The notes under the pieces were generated by a model. That model was given only the letters and a program-made list of their open reading frames with translations. It was not told where the DNA came from and searched no databases. A stretch of DNA of 64,000 nucleotides from NCBI GenBank assembly GCA_951406725.2, contig OX597826.1:47244001-47308000 (forward strand). The letters are read 5' to 3'. The translations under genes were made by a program, and so were the position numbers. Below are positions 26,368 to 40,249 of the stretch, piece by piece. The DNA comes from Octopus vulgaris. Its lineage: Eukaryota. Positions within the stretch are counted from its first letter, which is position 1. Each line of letters begins with the position of its first letter.

Positions 26368-26829
26368 GTAGCAGTGTGGTAAGAAGCGAAATGCTTAGCG
26401 GTATTTCGTCTGCCATTATGTTCTGAGTTCAAATTCCGCCGAGGTCGACTTTGCCTTTCATCCTTTCGGGGTCGATAAACTAAGTACCAGTTGCGTACTT
26501 GAGTCGATGTAATCGACTTAATCCCTTTGTCTATCCTTGTTTGTTCCCTCTATGTTTAGCCCCATGTGGGCTATAAAGAAATAAGAAGCGGATTCAGTCC
26601 CACTGCGTGGCATCTTGTGCAAGTGTCTTGTGCTGTAGCCTTGGGTCTACCACAGCCATATATATATGTATATATACATGTATATATTATGTTTGTGTGT
26701 TTGTGCTTTTTCCCACGCCATCACAAAAGAAACCGATAGAATAAGTAACAGGCTTAAAAAGATTAAGTCCGGTGGTAGATTTGTTCGACTACAGGCGGTG
26801 CACCAGCATGGCCGCAGTCAAATGAAGGA

Positions 26830-26834
<5 letters not shown>
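26368..26834 (+). mobile_element. SINE group A copy containing a group B insertion
   Basis: gcagtgtggtaagaagc | B element | gattcagtcccactgcgtggc ... ccagcatggccgcagtcaaatga. Confidence 0.8.
26386..26585 (+). mobile_element. SINE group B, 5'-truncated
   Basis: gcgaaatgcttagcggtatttcgtctgcc ... ctttcatcctttcggggtcgataaa; taagaagcg is duplicated at 26380-26388 and 26582-26590. Confidence 0.9.
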
Positions 26835-26881
<47 letters not shown>

Positions 26882-27085
26882 GCCGGGATTCTTTCAGTTA
26901 TCATCCACTAAATCCACTCACACGGCTTTGTTCGGCCCGAAGTTGTAGCAGAGATCACTTGCCCAAGGTGTCACACAGTGGGCCTGAACGCGGAACCATG
27001 TGGTTGGGAAAGCTCCTTATCACATAGCCACTCCTACGCCTATATTTATAAAATGTTGTTTATATTATATATTATATAAATATAA

Positions 27086-27123
<38 letters not shown>

Positions 27124-27614
27124 TATAATACATATATACATATTTATGAATATATGTGTGTATACATCAGTACATATGTGTATGCATGTGTATACGTGCG
27201 CATATGTATCTGCGGGTTTCCTTGATCGAGGAGGTGGAATAGACCTAAGCAGTTATCCATTTCCCACAAAGATCAGATACTGCTTTATTTAAGCGCGACT
27301 GAAAAATTTGACCTTAATTTTTTTTCGAATTATCTGCTCTTGTTTTTCAATGTCACTTCTATTTTTGAGGAAAATTACTTGAAAATCACAATTTCTGAAG
27401 TTTATACATACTTACAACGATAAATCCACACACTGTTTCGAATAACTGTGATAATTTGTGAAATTCAAACATCTTATACTTAAAAGCAGAATTTCTGCAA
27501 CAGTCAGCCTCAATCCATGTAATGTTGGCAATACTAAGTATTTAATGATTAGCTATCATTCAGCTCACATCCGGAATATTGTCTTAAGCATACACGCACA
27601 CACACATGCAAACA

Positions 27615-27684
<70 letters not shown>

Positions 27685-27801
27685 TATGTATATGTTGAAC
27701 GGCAGAATAATGACTCAAGAATTTTGTAGATGGCATTTACCAAAATTCTCGACCCGTTTGCAAATTGTCTACTGATTATATCTAAAAATACATAATAATT
27801 A

Positions 27802-27883
<82 letters not shown>

Positions 27884-27908
27884 CCTATCTCTCTATCTAT
27901 CTACCAAC

Positions 27909-27980
<72 letters not shown>

Positions 27981-28589
27981 ATATATATATATATATATAG
28001 ACTGATAAATAGATAGATAGATATATATATATATATACATACATATATATATATACATACAATGTATACATATATATACACACACATGTCATGTATATAT
28101 ACATGCATACACAGGTATATATGGAAGCATGCAAGCGTTCGTATTCGTATTAATCATAAGAGATATGAGTAAGAATGTGAAGATATGTGTTGCATTCTTT
28201 CTAAACTTCATTCAGTAAGACGTGATTCAAACAATACTAAATTAAGATTGAACTTTTAAAAAGCCTGGGAACATAATTCACATGTATTATCATCTCAATA
28301 TATTGCCATGCAAGGAGAATTATAATCACATACACTCAAATAATTATAAACACAGTATGAAAAATATATAATTTTGAGAATAACAGTAGCTAGCAACTAA
28401 AACTGCAAACAGAATAGCCATAATAACAAGATTTAAGGTTTTTTAAATTTATAAAATATAATAAACAAAGTATCATTTTGCTTATTTTTCAAAACGGAGA
28501 AAATAATGGAGAGTGAAAAAAAAAACAAACAAAAAAAAGAAAAGAAAAGAATCAGATTAATATGAAAATATACAGCAATATGAAGAAAG

Positions 28590-28591
28590 TA

Positions 28592-28622
<31 letters not shown>

Positions 28623-28826
28623 GACGACGAAAGAAGAAGAAGAAGAAGAAGAAGAAGAAGAAGAAGAAGAAGAAGAAGAAGAAGAAGAAGAAGAAGAAGA
28701 AGAAGAAGAAGAAGAAGAAGAAGAAGAAGAAGAAGAAGAAGAAGAAGAAAAAGAAGAAGAAGAAGAAGAAGAAGAAAAAGAAGAAGAAGAAGAAGAAAAA
28801 GAAGAAGAAAAAGAAGAAGAAGAAGA
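28590..28826. repeat. (GAT)n followed by long (GAA)n microsatellite
   Basis: Direct reading; about 195 bp of polypurine. Confidence 0.95.
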
Positions 28827-29259
28827 TGGTGAGGGATTGGTTATGATTGTAATAGCAACAACAGCAGAGGCGTTGCATGTGAAATGCATATGTCTGAGTG
28901 TTGTTGCACTCTATACACACATAGATGTATGTATACATGTATGTATCTGTACCTATATATGCATGTATATATACATATATGTGTAGGTATGTACATATAT
29001 GTATGTATATATGCATATATTTATGTATTTTATATATATATATATATATATAAGCAATAATAAATCTCTGAACGAGGTATAAACAGTAACTGCACGGCAA
29101 TGTGAAGTATATTTACCATTTAAATGTGGCTAACCACTAATGGTGGATATTACTGTAGCTTCTAGGAGAACATCCAGCTAGCTATTGACTCACTTTCTGT
29201 GCCCTATCGGTATTTGTAAAGGGAAGCCATCCTTCCTATCGTCGACCTGACGTGATACG

Positions 29260-29300
29260 CACGGACCCATGTATCTGGGTATTTACCCATCATCAGCACA
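29260..29300 (-). ncRNA. Minimal hammerhead motif, partly decayed
   Basis: Minus strand reads tgtg CTGATGA tgggt-aaat-accca GATA C atgg GTC cgtg: perfect 5-bp stem II and GUC site; GAAA is mutated to GATA and stem I is mostly G-U pairs. Confidence 0.5.
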
Positions 29301-29645
29301 TGACAACCGCCGGGATGAATAGATGGAAGCTTGTATGCGTTCTATTCTGCTCTTAATTGTTGGAATTCTTCATGTAAGGAAGGATCTGATTTTTTGACAA
29401 TGATACAAAAACCACATCGTTTGAATGTTGATAGCGAAAACAATGTGAAATTTAGAACTTGAGATATGTTTTGCATATATTTACTGTACCACTTACAGTT
29501 TCTATTTGTAACATACGTACGCAATTTGTAAGTAATGAAAGAATTTATTGCAGTATTAATCAAAGTCTTAGAGAGTCACGAAGGAGAATAATACTCACAT
29601 ACTATCCGTGTATATCTGAGTATTCTCAATACTGATGTTGTCAAA

Positions 29646-29873
29646 GGGGCGGGCAGGCGGAATCGGTAACACACCGAGCGAAATGCTTAACGGTGTTACG
29701 TCTGCTGTTACGTTCTGAGTTCAAATTCCGCCGAGGTCGACTTTGCCTGCATCCTTTCGGGGTCGATTAAATAAGTACCAGTTACGCACTGCGGTCGATG
29801 TAATCGACTTAATCCCTTTGTCTTTCCTTGTTTATCCCCTCTATGTTTAACCCCCTGTGGGCAAAAAAGAAAT
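29646..29873 (+). mobile_element. SINE group B, near full-length
   Basis: Aligns to 54566-54790 along its length. Confidence 0.9.
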
Positions 29874-29954
29874 GAATATTGATGTCAATTTTCCGACATT
29901 TTTCTATTAAATATAAATGTATTGAGTGCTGCTTATTTTTTCAGCTTTTATACA

Positions 29955-30308
29955 TGCGTGGCATCTTGGGCAAGTGTCTTCTGCTATAGCCCCGGGCCGA
30001 CCAATGCCTTGAGTGGATTTGGTAGACGGAAACTGAAAGAAGGCTGTCGTATATATGTATATATATATATATGTGTATGTGTGTGTGTTTGTGTGTCTGT
30101 GTCTGTTCCCCTAGCATTGCTTGACAACCGATGCTGGTGTGTTTACGTCCCCGTTACTTAGCGGTTCGGCAAAAAGAGACCGATGGAATAAGTACTGGGC
30201 TTACAAAAAGAATAAGTCCTGGGGTCGATTTGCTCGACTAAAGGCGGTGCACCAGCATGGCCGCAGGCAAATGACTGAAACAAGTAAAAGATTAAAAGAG
30301 TAAGAGTA
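29955..30308 (+). mobile_element. SINE group A, 5'-truncated
   Basis: High identity to 1127-1471. Confidence 0.9.
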
Positions 30309-30315
30309 TATATAT

Positions 30316-30680
30316 ACTCGTTTATTTGTTTTGGTCATTTACTGTGGCCAAGCTGGAGCACCGCATTTAATCGAACAAATCGACCCCAGAACATATTCTT
30401 TGTGAGCCTAGCTCTTATTCTATCTGTTTTGCTGAACCACCACTTACAGTGTCGTAAACACATCAACATCGGTCTTCAAGCGATGGTGGGGTGGGGGGAC
30501 TAAGACACTCACACAGAAATATATACACATATATATATACACGACGGGCTTCTTTCAGTTACCGTCTACCCAATCCACTCACAATGATTTTGTCGGCCTA
30601 AAGTAGAAGACACTTGACCAAGGTGCCATGCAATGGGACTGAACCCGGAACCATGTAGTTGGGAAGCAAGCTTCTTTACA
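30316..30680 (-). mobile_element. SINE group A, tail-to-tail with the previous copy
   Basis: ctggagcaccgc ... acgacgggcttctttcagtt ... tgggactgaacccggaaccatg. Confidence 0.85.
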
Positions 30681-30695
30681 TATATTTATCCAGTA

Positions 30696-30835
30696 TACGA
30701 GGTGTGTATGAAAATTCTTGAGCCTCAAAAAAAAAAAATCATGGTTGAAGACTTCTGATGAAGGTATTTGTACCGTCATCAGACTTCAAGGCTCAAAGGT
30801 CTTGAGGGCTCAAAACTTTTCATACACCCCTCATA
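30696..30835. mobile_element. Mariner-type MITE (~140 bp)
   Basis: TIRs TAcgaggtgtgtatgaaaatt and aacttttcatacacccctcaTA with a TA target; internal hairpin tctgatgaaggta/taccgtcatcaga. Confidence 0.8.
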
Positions 30836-30968
30836 TATAAATATATAACTGGTATCAAACTTAACAGTCTACCCTTGAATTCCACCCTTAGCAAGACTGT
30901 TCATGTCTATCATATGCAGTCCAGCTAAGTATGAAGCTCGTAGTAGGTTGTCAATTTTGATATGATGG

Positions 30969-31031
<63 letters not shown>

Positions 31032-31164
31032 GTCTACCGAAGGTTTTTAGTCTTTTATCAAATAATAACTGCACTACGTATATTATATTTTATGTAAGTT
31101 ACTTACAACTACTATTATTACGTATATAATATATATATATAATAGTTTATATATATATGTGGTA

Positions 31165-31224
<60 letters not shown>

Positions 31225-31843
31225 GGTAGTTTATATATATAAACGCATATATACGTTATATATGATCGGTATATCCCATACAAACATCAATTTATGTGTG
31301 TTTGTATGTGCGTGTGTGTGTACGTGTGTGTATACATACATCTATATATAATTGTACTTTTTAAGATTTTTGTTCTTTTCTATATAGATTTGTTCGATTG
31401 TGTGTATGTTTATTTGTTTTATTGCTTGTTTTGATATAAATTCTCATTATTTTTACATTATTTTTAAGAAGACACTGTTAGCATACACCGTTATCATTTC
31501 CTCTCTTTGAAACTTCCATTTTTTTTTCATCTATTTATTTCTGAAGCTCATACACATACACACAAACACACACACACTCACACAGAACAAACAAAGACAC
31601 AGAGACACAAGCCCACATACACTACAGAATAGGTTGAATTGAATAAGGAAACAAAACTTCTGGAAAACGATCTATATTTTTGATAAATTTAATGAACTAT
31701 TTTTGTTGTAAATTGAAAAATTCTATTTCAATATATTCTCTTTATTTCATTTTAACTTTACAAAATAACATTAAAAGAAAGAAATTCTCACAAATAAACA
31801 ACAATGCCAGCGCACACACATGGACATATGCAGCTGTATATAC

Positions 31844-31877
<34 letters not shown>

Positions 31878-32127
31878 TTATTTATATATATGTATATATA
31901 TGTATATATGTTATATGCGTATGTATACATATGCATTTATTTGTATGTACTTTCCCACATACACACATACACACACGTATACATATACATACAACACATG
32001 TTCAGTCATTCTTTTATTAGTTCTAGATGCTTCTATTTCCATAATAAACTTACTCCATTGTAGCATTTGTTAAATCAAAAGAAACTCACACGCTTAAGCA
32101 CACGCACTCACACATACATTAACGTAT

Positions 32128-32174
<47 letters not shown>

Positions 32175-32296
32175 CACACACTGATACATAAACACATATT
32201 CATACATGCCTGTATGAAAGTACGAATGTGTGTATGTACTTATGTATATACACATATATATATATATATACATATATGTATATATATATATATATA

Positions 32297-32331
<35 letters not shown>

Positions 32332-32353
32332 CTCTGTATATACACATACACAA

Positions 32354-32404
<51 letters not shown>

Positions 32405-32549
32405 CATACATATACGTATTATACACTCTTACACTCGTACGAAGAGTCACACACACTCACACATATACACACATATATTCACAAGAATACCAAAACATTC
32501 CCCTTGCATGTTCTTTATTCCATTTCCTCTTTTTCCTTATCAAAACTTA

Positions 32550-32639
<90 letters not shown>

Positions 32640-32904
32640 CATATATGTACGCACACGCACTCACACACGCTCGCACACGCACACCCACACACGCATTACG
32701 CATTAGTTTTTCTTCTCTTTAGTTCCTATTCACGAAAATAATGCTCTTTGCTTGATGATCTTGATGATATTAACAATGATGGTTGAGTGGAAAATGAGAA
32801 GAAGAGGGAGGATAGTGAGCGTGATCCTGTCTGTGAGTGTGGTGGTGGTGATGCTGACAATGACGGTGCTAATAATACAGTTAACAATAATGATGGGCAG
32901 GATT

Positions 32905-33025
32905 CTCATCATCGTCGTCGTCATCGTCATCACCATCATCATCACCGTCACCAACATCATCATTATCATCTACAACACCACCAACACAACCACCACCACC
33001 ACGACCATCGCCGTCGATGTCGTCG

Positions 33026-33075
<50 letters not shown>

Positions 33076-33257
33076 GTCTTCATCATCATTACCAGCTTCA
33101 TTATTATAATCATCATCGTGTTGATGCAGATGAATCTCAAGAGAAAATTCTGGATTCCTGTTTTAAGCAGAATTATTACAGAAGGTTATTGTCTGAGAAG
33201 AACGATGCCGGCATGTTTCAAGAATGAATATATAAACAAGCATATGCATACAAAAGT

Positions 33258-33326
<69 letters not shown>

Positions 33327-33485
33327 CAGACATGCATACATATACATACAGGTACAAAGATACATATAAGCACGTATAGACAGTCATACATATACATACA
33401 CACATACGCATATACATAAATACATATGCATGCATGCATGCATATATACAGAGAGAGAGAGAGAGAGAGAGATAAAGAGAAAGAG

Positions 33486-33519
<34 letters not shown>

Positions 33520-33929
33520 TAAGAAAGATAGATAGAAAGAAAGAAGGAAAGAAAGAAAGAAAGAAAGAAAGAAAGGGGACTGAGAGAAAGGAAGAATATA
33601 AGAGAACGAAGGTAGACATATTTCTATACAGAAGTGACCAGCAACAACTAATAATAATAATAATAATAGAGACACACAAATAGGAGATAAAGAGCTAATT
33701 ATGAAAATTATCGATAACAAAACGGGAAGACTTTTTTTTTTCTTTTCAGTTGCTATTGCTAATATTGACGTTGCTATCGTTATCATCGTCGTTGTCACCG
33801 TCGCCTTCGTCACTGCCGTCATCCCCACCACCACCACCCCACCACCACCACCAGCACCACCAGCACCACCAGCACCAGCACCACCAGCACCACCAGCACC
33901 ACCACTACCACCACCGCCGCCGCACCACC

Positions 33930-33982
<53 letters not shown>

Positions 33983-34102
33983 TATCAACATCATCTTCAA
34001 CATGGCCGTCGTCGTCGTTGTTGCTATTATTAAAATTATTATTATTGTTATTATTATTATTACCATTATTATCATTATTAATATTCTTAGTATTATTTTT
34101 GT

Positions 34103-34134
<32 letters not shown>

Positions 34135-34136
34135 CC

Positions 34137-34168
<32 letters not shown>

Positions 34169-34266
34169 CATCATGATCATCATCATCAACATATTCATCA
34201 TCATCATCATCATCATCAACATCATCTTCGACATCGCCGTCGTCGTTGATGTTGCTATTATTAAAA

Positions 34267-34300
<34 letters not shown>
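32905..34300. repeat. Compound (CAT)n/(CAC)n/(GTC)n/(TAT)n, (CA)n and (GAAA)n tracts
   Basis: Direct reading; includes a duplicated block catcttc(a/g)acat(g/c)gccgtcgtcgt ... gttgctattattaaaatt at about 33992 and 34223. Confidence 0.9.
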
Positions 34301-34302
<2 letters not shown>

Positions 34303-34303
<1 letters not shown>

Positions 34304-34506
34304 GGCGGTGAGCTGGTAGAATCGTTAGCACGCCAGGCGAAATGCTTAGCAGTATTTTGTCACCCGTTAGGTTTTGAGTTTGAATCCGCCAAGGTTGACT
34401 TTGCTTTTCATCATTTCGGGATCGATAAAATTAGTACCAGTTACGTGCTGGGGTCGATGTAGTCGACTAACCCTTTTCTCTAAAATTGCTGGCTTTGTGT
34501 CAAAGC
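34303..34506 (+). mobile_element. SINE group B copy
   Basis: ggcggtgagctggtagaatcgttagcacgccaggcgaaatgcttagc ... aaattgctggctttgtgtcaaa. Confidence 0.85.
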
Positions 34507-35214
34507 TTCATTATTGTACTATTAATATTGTCATAATTATCATTAGAAAATGGTAGTGGAAGGTGTTCTTCATGGTTGTGGTGCTGGCGATGTACTTGTT
34601 GTTAATATTGCTGTTGTTTCTATGCATATGTTTATGTGAGTTTCTTTATTAACAACTAGAAATGTATGCGAATTGCAAGATATTTTTCATTAATCTATAA
34701 ACATTCTTTCATTGCATTTCATGAAAGAAACAGTGGCGAAAAAAATATCTCTCACAAAAATAATAACATAAATAAAACCATCAAAAACAGTTCGGAAAAC
34801 GCAAATTCAAACTAACTGAAAACATTTGTTTTTCTATAATTCCGCTTTGTTTCTGTCTGAATATTATATTTTAAATGAATGCTTCTGTAGCCAGACAAAA
34901 GGTTATTTATACTGCAGTATTTACGTTTCTCAAGAAGTGTTTAACCCTGTTTGCTGTTTTTATATTTGCTTTGTGAAATAAAAGTTCTTTTGGGGGTTAT
35001 AAACTGATTGTCCTGACTTGGTTCGTAAGGACCTATATATGCACTGAAAAGTAAGTGGGATATTTGTTAAGGAATTAATTTTTACGTGCATCTTCAATGT
35101 GGTGCAAACTTATATCATGAGTATTGCAACTTTCTGCCTGTAGAAATTCAGGAAAAAGATATATGTTGCATTACCCTAACTGCTAGACCACGCACCTTTA
35201 CAAACGTCCAATAA

Positions 35215-35622
35215 GACTAATCTGAGGGAGTGTTTTCCCCGCAATCCTAACGTGCCTAATCAGTGGTTAAACAAAGGCTAACTTCTGGGACCTGCCACCA
35301 AGCATGGGGCGATACAAATACAAGGTTATGCTCTGCATCTGATGGAATTGCGAGGAAATAATTCAGTGCGAATTCGTACCGGATGGTCAAGCCATCGATG
35401 CCAATCTGTGCTCCAAACCGCTGGAGCAGATATATGCCGTTGGGCGGCAAGACAGCCGACATTGGTTAACTGAAAGAGAGATCTTCTACAGCAAGAAAAC
35501 GCAAGATCTCATACCACTCGAACGACCTGGAATAAACTCCAGAAACTTGAAATCGAATGATGCTACTCTCAGCTCTCTCTGATTATTACTCGTTCCGATC
35601 CATGACTTACCTCCTCGCAAAT
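35215..35622 (+). pseudogene. Mariner transposase remnant (second, distinct family)
   Basis: Manual translation gives NQWLNKG, KVMLCI*WNCEEII from 35322 (cf. KVMLCVWW), LLQQENARSHT (cf. HDNARPHT) and ALSDYYSFRSM (cf. APSDYHLFRSM). Confidence 0.85.
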
Positions 35623-35641
35623 TTTTTTTTTCCGATGGTCG

Positions 35642-35702
35642 GATAACTGTAGAGATGGCTGCGTGTATTTCCACCCCGGCATCCGAAACACGGAGTTTTA
35701 TC
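35642..35702 (+). ncRNA. Hammerhead motif, decayed core (same family as 50614-50676)
   Basis: gataa CTGTAGA gatggctg ... ccggcatc c GAAA cacggag TT ttatc; stem I gataa/ttatc is intact. Confidence 0.55.
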
Positions 35703-35814
35703 ATGGCTACCGAATATTTGCTACATATTACTTATATATATATATATGTGCTATTAAGTTAGTCATGCCCTGGGCCAATACTGGCCAAAACCTTTCTAAG
35801 TTATTCTAAGTTAT

Positions 35815-35982
35815 ATACGACGGGCTTCTTTTAGAATCTGTCTACCAAATCCACTCACAAGGTTTGGTCGACCCTAGACTATAGTAGAAGACTCTTGCCC
35901 AAGGTGTCATACAGTGGAACTGAACCCGGAGCCATTTGCTCGGAAATTGAGCTTCTTACCATTATGCCACGCCTGTGCCTAT
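35815..35982 (-). mobile_element. SINE group A head half
   Basis: acgacgggcttcttt ... aaatccactcacaagg ... ttgcccaaggtgtc ... actgaacccggagcca. Confidence 0.8.
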
Positions 35983-36031
35983 GTGATATGCATATACATA
36001 CGTGGCAGTAGAATATGTCTGTGTGTGAGTG

Positions 36032-36125
<94 letters not shown>

Positions 36126-36128
<3 letters not shown>

Positions 36129-36293
36129 TTTAAGCAGCAGAAAATTCAACAAAATCTGTTACTCTGAGTTTCTCGTTGCCGTTCATCAGACAGTTTTTGC
36201 TAGAATCTAGTTTTTCTAGCAAAAACTGTCTGATGAACGGCAACGAGAAACTCAGAGTAACAGATTTTGTTGAATTTTCTGCTGCTTAAAATA
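36126..36293. repeat. Perfect 80-bp-arm inverted repeat (8-nt spacer) carrying a hammerhead in each arm
   Basis: 36126-36205 is the exact reverse complement of 36214-36293. The element continues to about 36363 and is flanked by (TA)-rich tracts. Confidence 0.95.
36226..36263 (+). ncRNA. Minimal type-I hammerhead motif (mirror copy at 36156-36193, minus)
   Basis: ctgt CTGATGA acg-gcaa-cga GAAA ctcagag TA acag: intact core, GNRA-capped stem II (first pair A/A mismatch), quasi-palindromic ACTC-A-GAGT stem III, GUA site; AATAAA at about 36290. Confidence 0.8.
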
Positions 36294-36659
36294 AAGCATA
36301 TTACTCTACCACTGGTATTTGAGTACTCTTTTTTCCACCTTGTTTCACATTTATGTGTTTACTCCGGTATATATATGTATATACATATATATATACATAT
36401 ATATAGACATATATACATACATACTCACACACACGCACACTCGCTAACAAGTGTTAAAGTAACCATATAATTAAGAATGTATATTCATACAAAAATATTC
36501 AGAATCTTACATGTATAAATATAAATCTATGCTTATTTATACTATGTAATTAAATATATATGCATAAATCTATACATTTATACATACACATGATTAAGTA
36601 CATAATACGTACACACATACATAATATATATTTATGAAATTTCTTTTAGGATCTTGTGC

Positions 36660-36697
<38 letters not shown>

Positions 36698-36769
36698 TCA
36701 CGCCCACACATGTTTACGTATGTATATTATTTAGCATTGTCTTTCTATACATACGTACACACACATACA

Positions 36770-36830
<61 letters not shown>

Positions 36831-36956
36831 GCAATCATACGGATATATATATATACATACATGTAATATCTGAATGACGGAATATGTCTGCATGTTTTTG
36901 TGTGTGCATGTAAGTGTATGCGTATGTGTATACATATATACATACATACATATACA

Positions 36957-36996
<40 letters not shown>

Positions 36997-38567
36997 AACA
37001 TATATATATGTATATATATATATACATATATATACACACATATACACACACATATATGTGAGATGTTTGTGTGTATGGATGTGTGTATGGATGTATGAAT
37101 ATATTGTGTGTGTTTGTGCGGTGTTTGAGTACATACGTGAGCGTATATATATATTTATGAGTTTGCGTACATATGTGAATACATGTATAGATTATATGTA
37201 AGAACACATATAAATACGTATGTAAGAAATAATTATTCCGATAAGCCATAATATGTTGATGGTCTTAGACGAATGAATGATTAAATATGCAGTGCTCTCG
37301 CCCCTTCTTTTTTCTCGTAACTTAATAGTTTCAGTATTTTCCATATCGGGAATGACTTCCAGATTTCATATCTAGCATTTACTGGCGCAGCTTCCTAAAC
37401 CATCCATGAAAACGGCACTTTAATGGAAACGTACCTCCAATAGCCGACCAACAAAAGCAGACGAAGAAAACGAAAATGACACCCATCAAAACGGATTGAA
37501 GAATATTAATTTCAAACTAGAATCAGAAGCAAAAACAAGAAAATTCAGCAGAAATATTATCAATCTCTTTCTTTGATTTTATACAATTTTTACCAAATGT
37601 CAACATTAGTAGGAAAAGAAACAACCTCAAAAAAAAAAAAAAAATTAAAAGGAATAATTAAATTAAAAAAAATTAAAAATCATTGTACCCTAGCACGGCC
37701 AAAGTTCATTCGACTGAGAGTAGCGAAACAAAAATGAAAGAAATGAAGCCATGCAGAGATTTTACTCCTTAAAAATATGACGTCATTATATGGCGGGTTA
37801 TACGACGGCGCTTCTAGTTTTTCCCTCCTTAGCTTGATTCGTGCGTATTTCCTTCACGTCACACTTTTCATGTATCAGTTGTCAGATCACCAATGTACGA
37901 CGAAAGTCTTTGGTGCTTAGATCCTTAATCGTACGTGCATGTGTTTGTGTATGTGTGAGTGTATATAAATACATATATATATATACGCACATGCACAGGC
38001 ACACGAACACACACACACAGACACATACACACACCATTAAGACTAAATTATTAATAGTAATGTGTTTCACCTTAAATTTGATATCATTTTACGAAAGAGA
38101 AGTGTTAAGGCACTAAAAACAGCTAACAATAAAGAGAAATAAATTGAAATTCTTTGCTTAATGGCAAATAAAAAATTACAAAAATTGCTTTGAGGATTAT
38201 TTTTGAAAATCGGACTTTACAAATTCAATCATAATATCGCCTCTGTTACTTTGTACATTGAATTTGCAGGAAGGGTCCATATATTAATGTACAGGGAAAA
38301 CAAAAAAGCATAAGTTACTATTCTGCAATATCTTCTCTTGGTTGCAGGGCTAGAATATAATGTTAATTAAGTCTTGTTATGTGGGCTATCATTTGAGTTA
38401 AATTGAAGGTACAAAACATTAATGGCGGTAGATGGGACGCTTGATATTTCATATATTTTACTGTAGAGGTCCTTAGTTTCACTGCGAGTGTATAATCTTA
38501 ACTATGCCATAATCTTGATGTCGAAAATATGGAACATAATCAAATCTTCCACTTTACTGCAGGCGAG

Positions 38568-38900
38568 CTGTGTGGAAAGGTGGTTACTCCCATAAACATG
38601 GTTCTGGGTTTAGTCCATTGCGTGGCACCTTGCACAAGTGACGTCTACTTCAAAGCCTTGGTATACACATGTGTGTATACCGAGGGATATGCTTCTGTAT
38701 CTGTGTTTGTCCCCCCACCACAGCTTGACCAGTGTTGGTGTATTTATTTCCCTGTAATTTAGCGGTCCGGGATAAATGACCGATAGAATAGTACCACCCT
38801 TAGAAGTGTCCAGGGGTCAATTTTTTCACAATATCCCTTCAAGGCGGTGCTCCAACATTGCCACAATCAAATGACCGAAACAAGTAAAATATAAAAGATA
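38568..38900 (+). mobile_element. SINE group A, diverged
   Basis: gctgtgtggaaagg ... catggttctgggtttagtcc ... aaggcggtgctccaacattgccacaatcaaatgaccgaaacaagtaaaa. Confidence 0.75.
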
Positions 38901-39334
38901 TATACACACATGTACAACACACGCATGCGCGCGCACACACACATACACGGGGACACATCTTTATAAAGTAAAATAGAATTGAGCAGGGAGCACAAGGGTT
39001 CCGAGGATTTGCTTTGGAAGGAGGAATTAAGAATTCACCTTTTATGTATTGGTTTTCCTATTAATTGGTAAGTCGATACTAAAGGCTCATTGCTTGAAAA
39101 GTAGGGCAAAGAAATGGTCTAAAGAAGCGAAAGAGACGTAGTCTAGTTTGTAAAGCAAAATTTAAAGTGACATATGGATTTATTCTTTGTTCAAATATTA
39201 GTTTTACAAGAAAATTTAATTAAATATAGAATATGTGAAGCCAAAAACTCTTTTTGTAGTTGAAAGTAATCCGTTTCAGATATAAGGCTAGCCTTTATGT
39301 GTGTGTATTTGTGTATAAGTATATACTTACGTGT

Positions 39335-39645
39335 GGAGGCGCAATGGCCTTGTGGTTAGGGCAGCGGACTCGCGGTCGTAGGATCGCGGTTTCGATTCCC
39401 AGACCGGGCGTTGTGAGTGTTTATTGAGCGAAAACACCCAAAGCTCCACGAGGCTCCGGCAGGGGGTGGTGGTGATCCCTGCTGTACTCTTTCGCCACAA
39501 CTTTCTCTCACTCTCTCTTCTGTTGGCCTGCCCGCTTAGCCAGCGGGGTGGCGTCATTTGAAGGCTAAAACAATGCGAAGCGCATTGTGACCAGCGATGT
39601 GTAGCAACATCTGATAGCCTGGTCGGTCGCTGTGATCGCGGTGAT
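39335..39645 (+). mobile_element. SINE group C, tail type 1, full-length with TSD
   Basis: A box TGGCCTTGTGG and B box GGTTTCGATTCC; atatacttacgt at 39321-39332 and 39644-39655. Confidence 0.92.
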
Positions 39646-39814
39646 ATACTTACGTATGAATATATACAGATAGATAGAGAGAGAAAGATATGCGTTGTCA
39701 TAGCATTAGTCTTCGAACAATTGCTGATGTTGTTCGAATCTCTGCATCCATTACACATATACAAAGTTACTTTCACATTCGCTGATATTATTTTGGATCA
39801 ATGTAGGTTCTGAG

Positions 39815-40235
39815 CGAGCAGAATCGTTGCCTCGTCGGACAGAATGGTTTGTACTGTTTGTTCCGGATCCTTACTTTCTGAGTTCAAATGCTTCCGAGGT
39901 TGACTTTGCTTTTCATTCTTACAGAATTAATAAAATAAGTACCCACTGGGCACGACTTCTCTCTCGCATTCAAAATTACTGGCCTCGAACTAAAACTAGA
40001 AAGAATTATTCAGTATTAATGGTTCAGCAATTTTTAGTGGAGGATGTTAATTGACACCGTTACCCTCCACCACCCTCCACCATTACATCCCCGCTGTTTG
40101 AGTGCTAAATTATTTTCCTCGGCCCTGGAAGAATGAAAGGCAAATTCGATAGCGGCTGAGATTGAACTCAGAATGTAAGAATCAGAAAAAAATACCGTGA
40201 GGCACTGTGTACCGACATTCCTTCAAATTCTAATA
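39815..40235. mobile_element. Two decayed SINE group B copies, tail-to-tail
   Basis: ttctgagttcaaatgcttccgaggttgactttgc on plus and gaatgaaaggcaaattcga ... ttgaactcagaatgt on minus. Confidence 0.65.
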
Positions 40236-40249
40236 ATCCATTCTAATAA

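Noticed and set aside
30755-30785. CTGATGA as a hammerhead core
   Set aside because: It pairs with tcatcag inside the MITE palindrome and no GAAA/stem III follows.
39335-39410. tRNA gene
   Set aside because: A and B boxes are present, but the sequence continues into a conserved SINE body with a TSD and has no proper acceptor stem; the same applies to other SINE heads.
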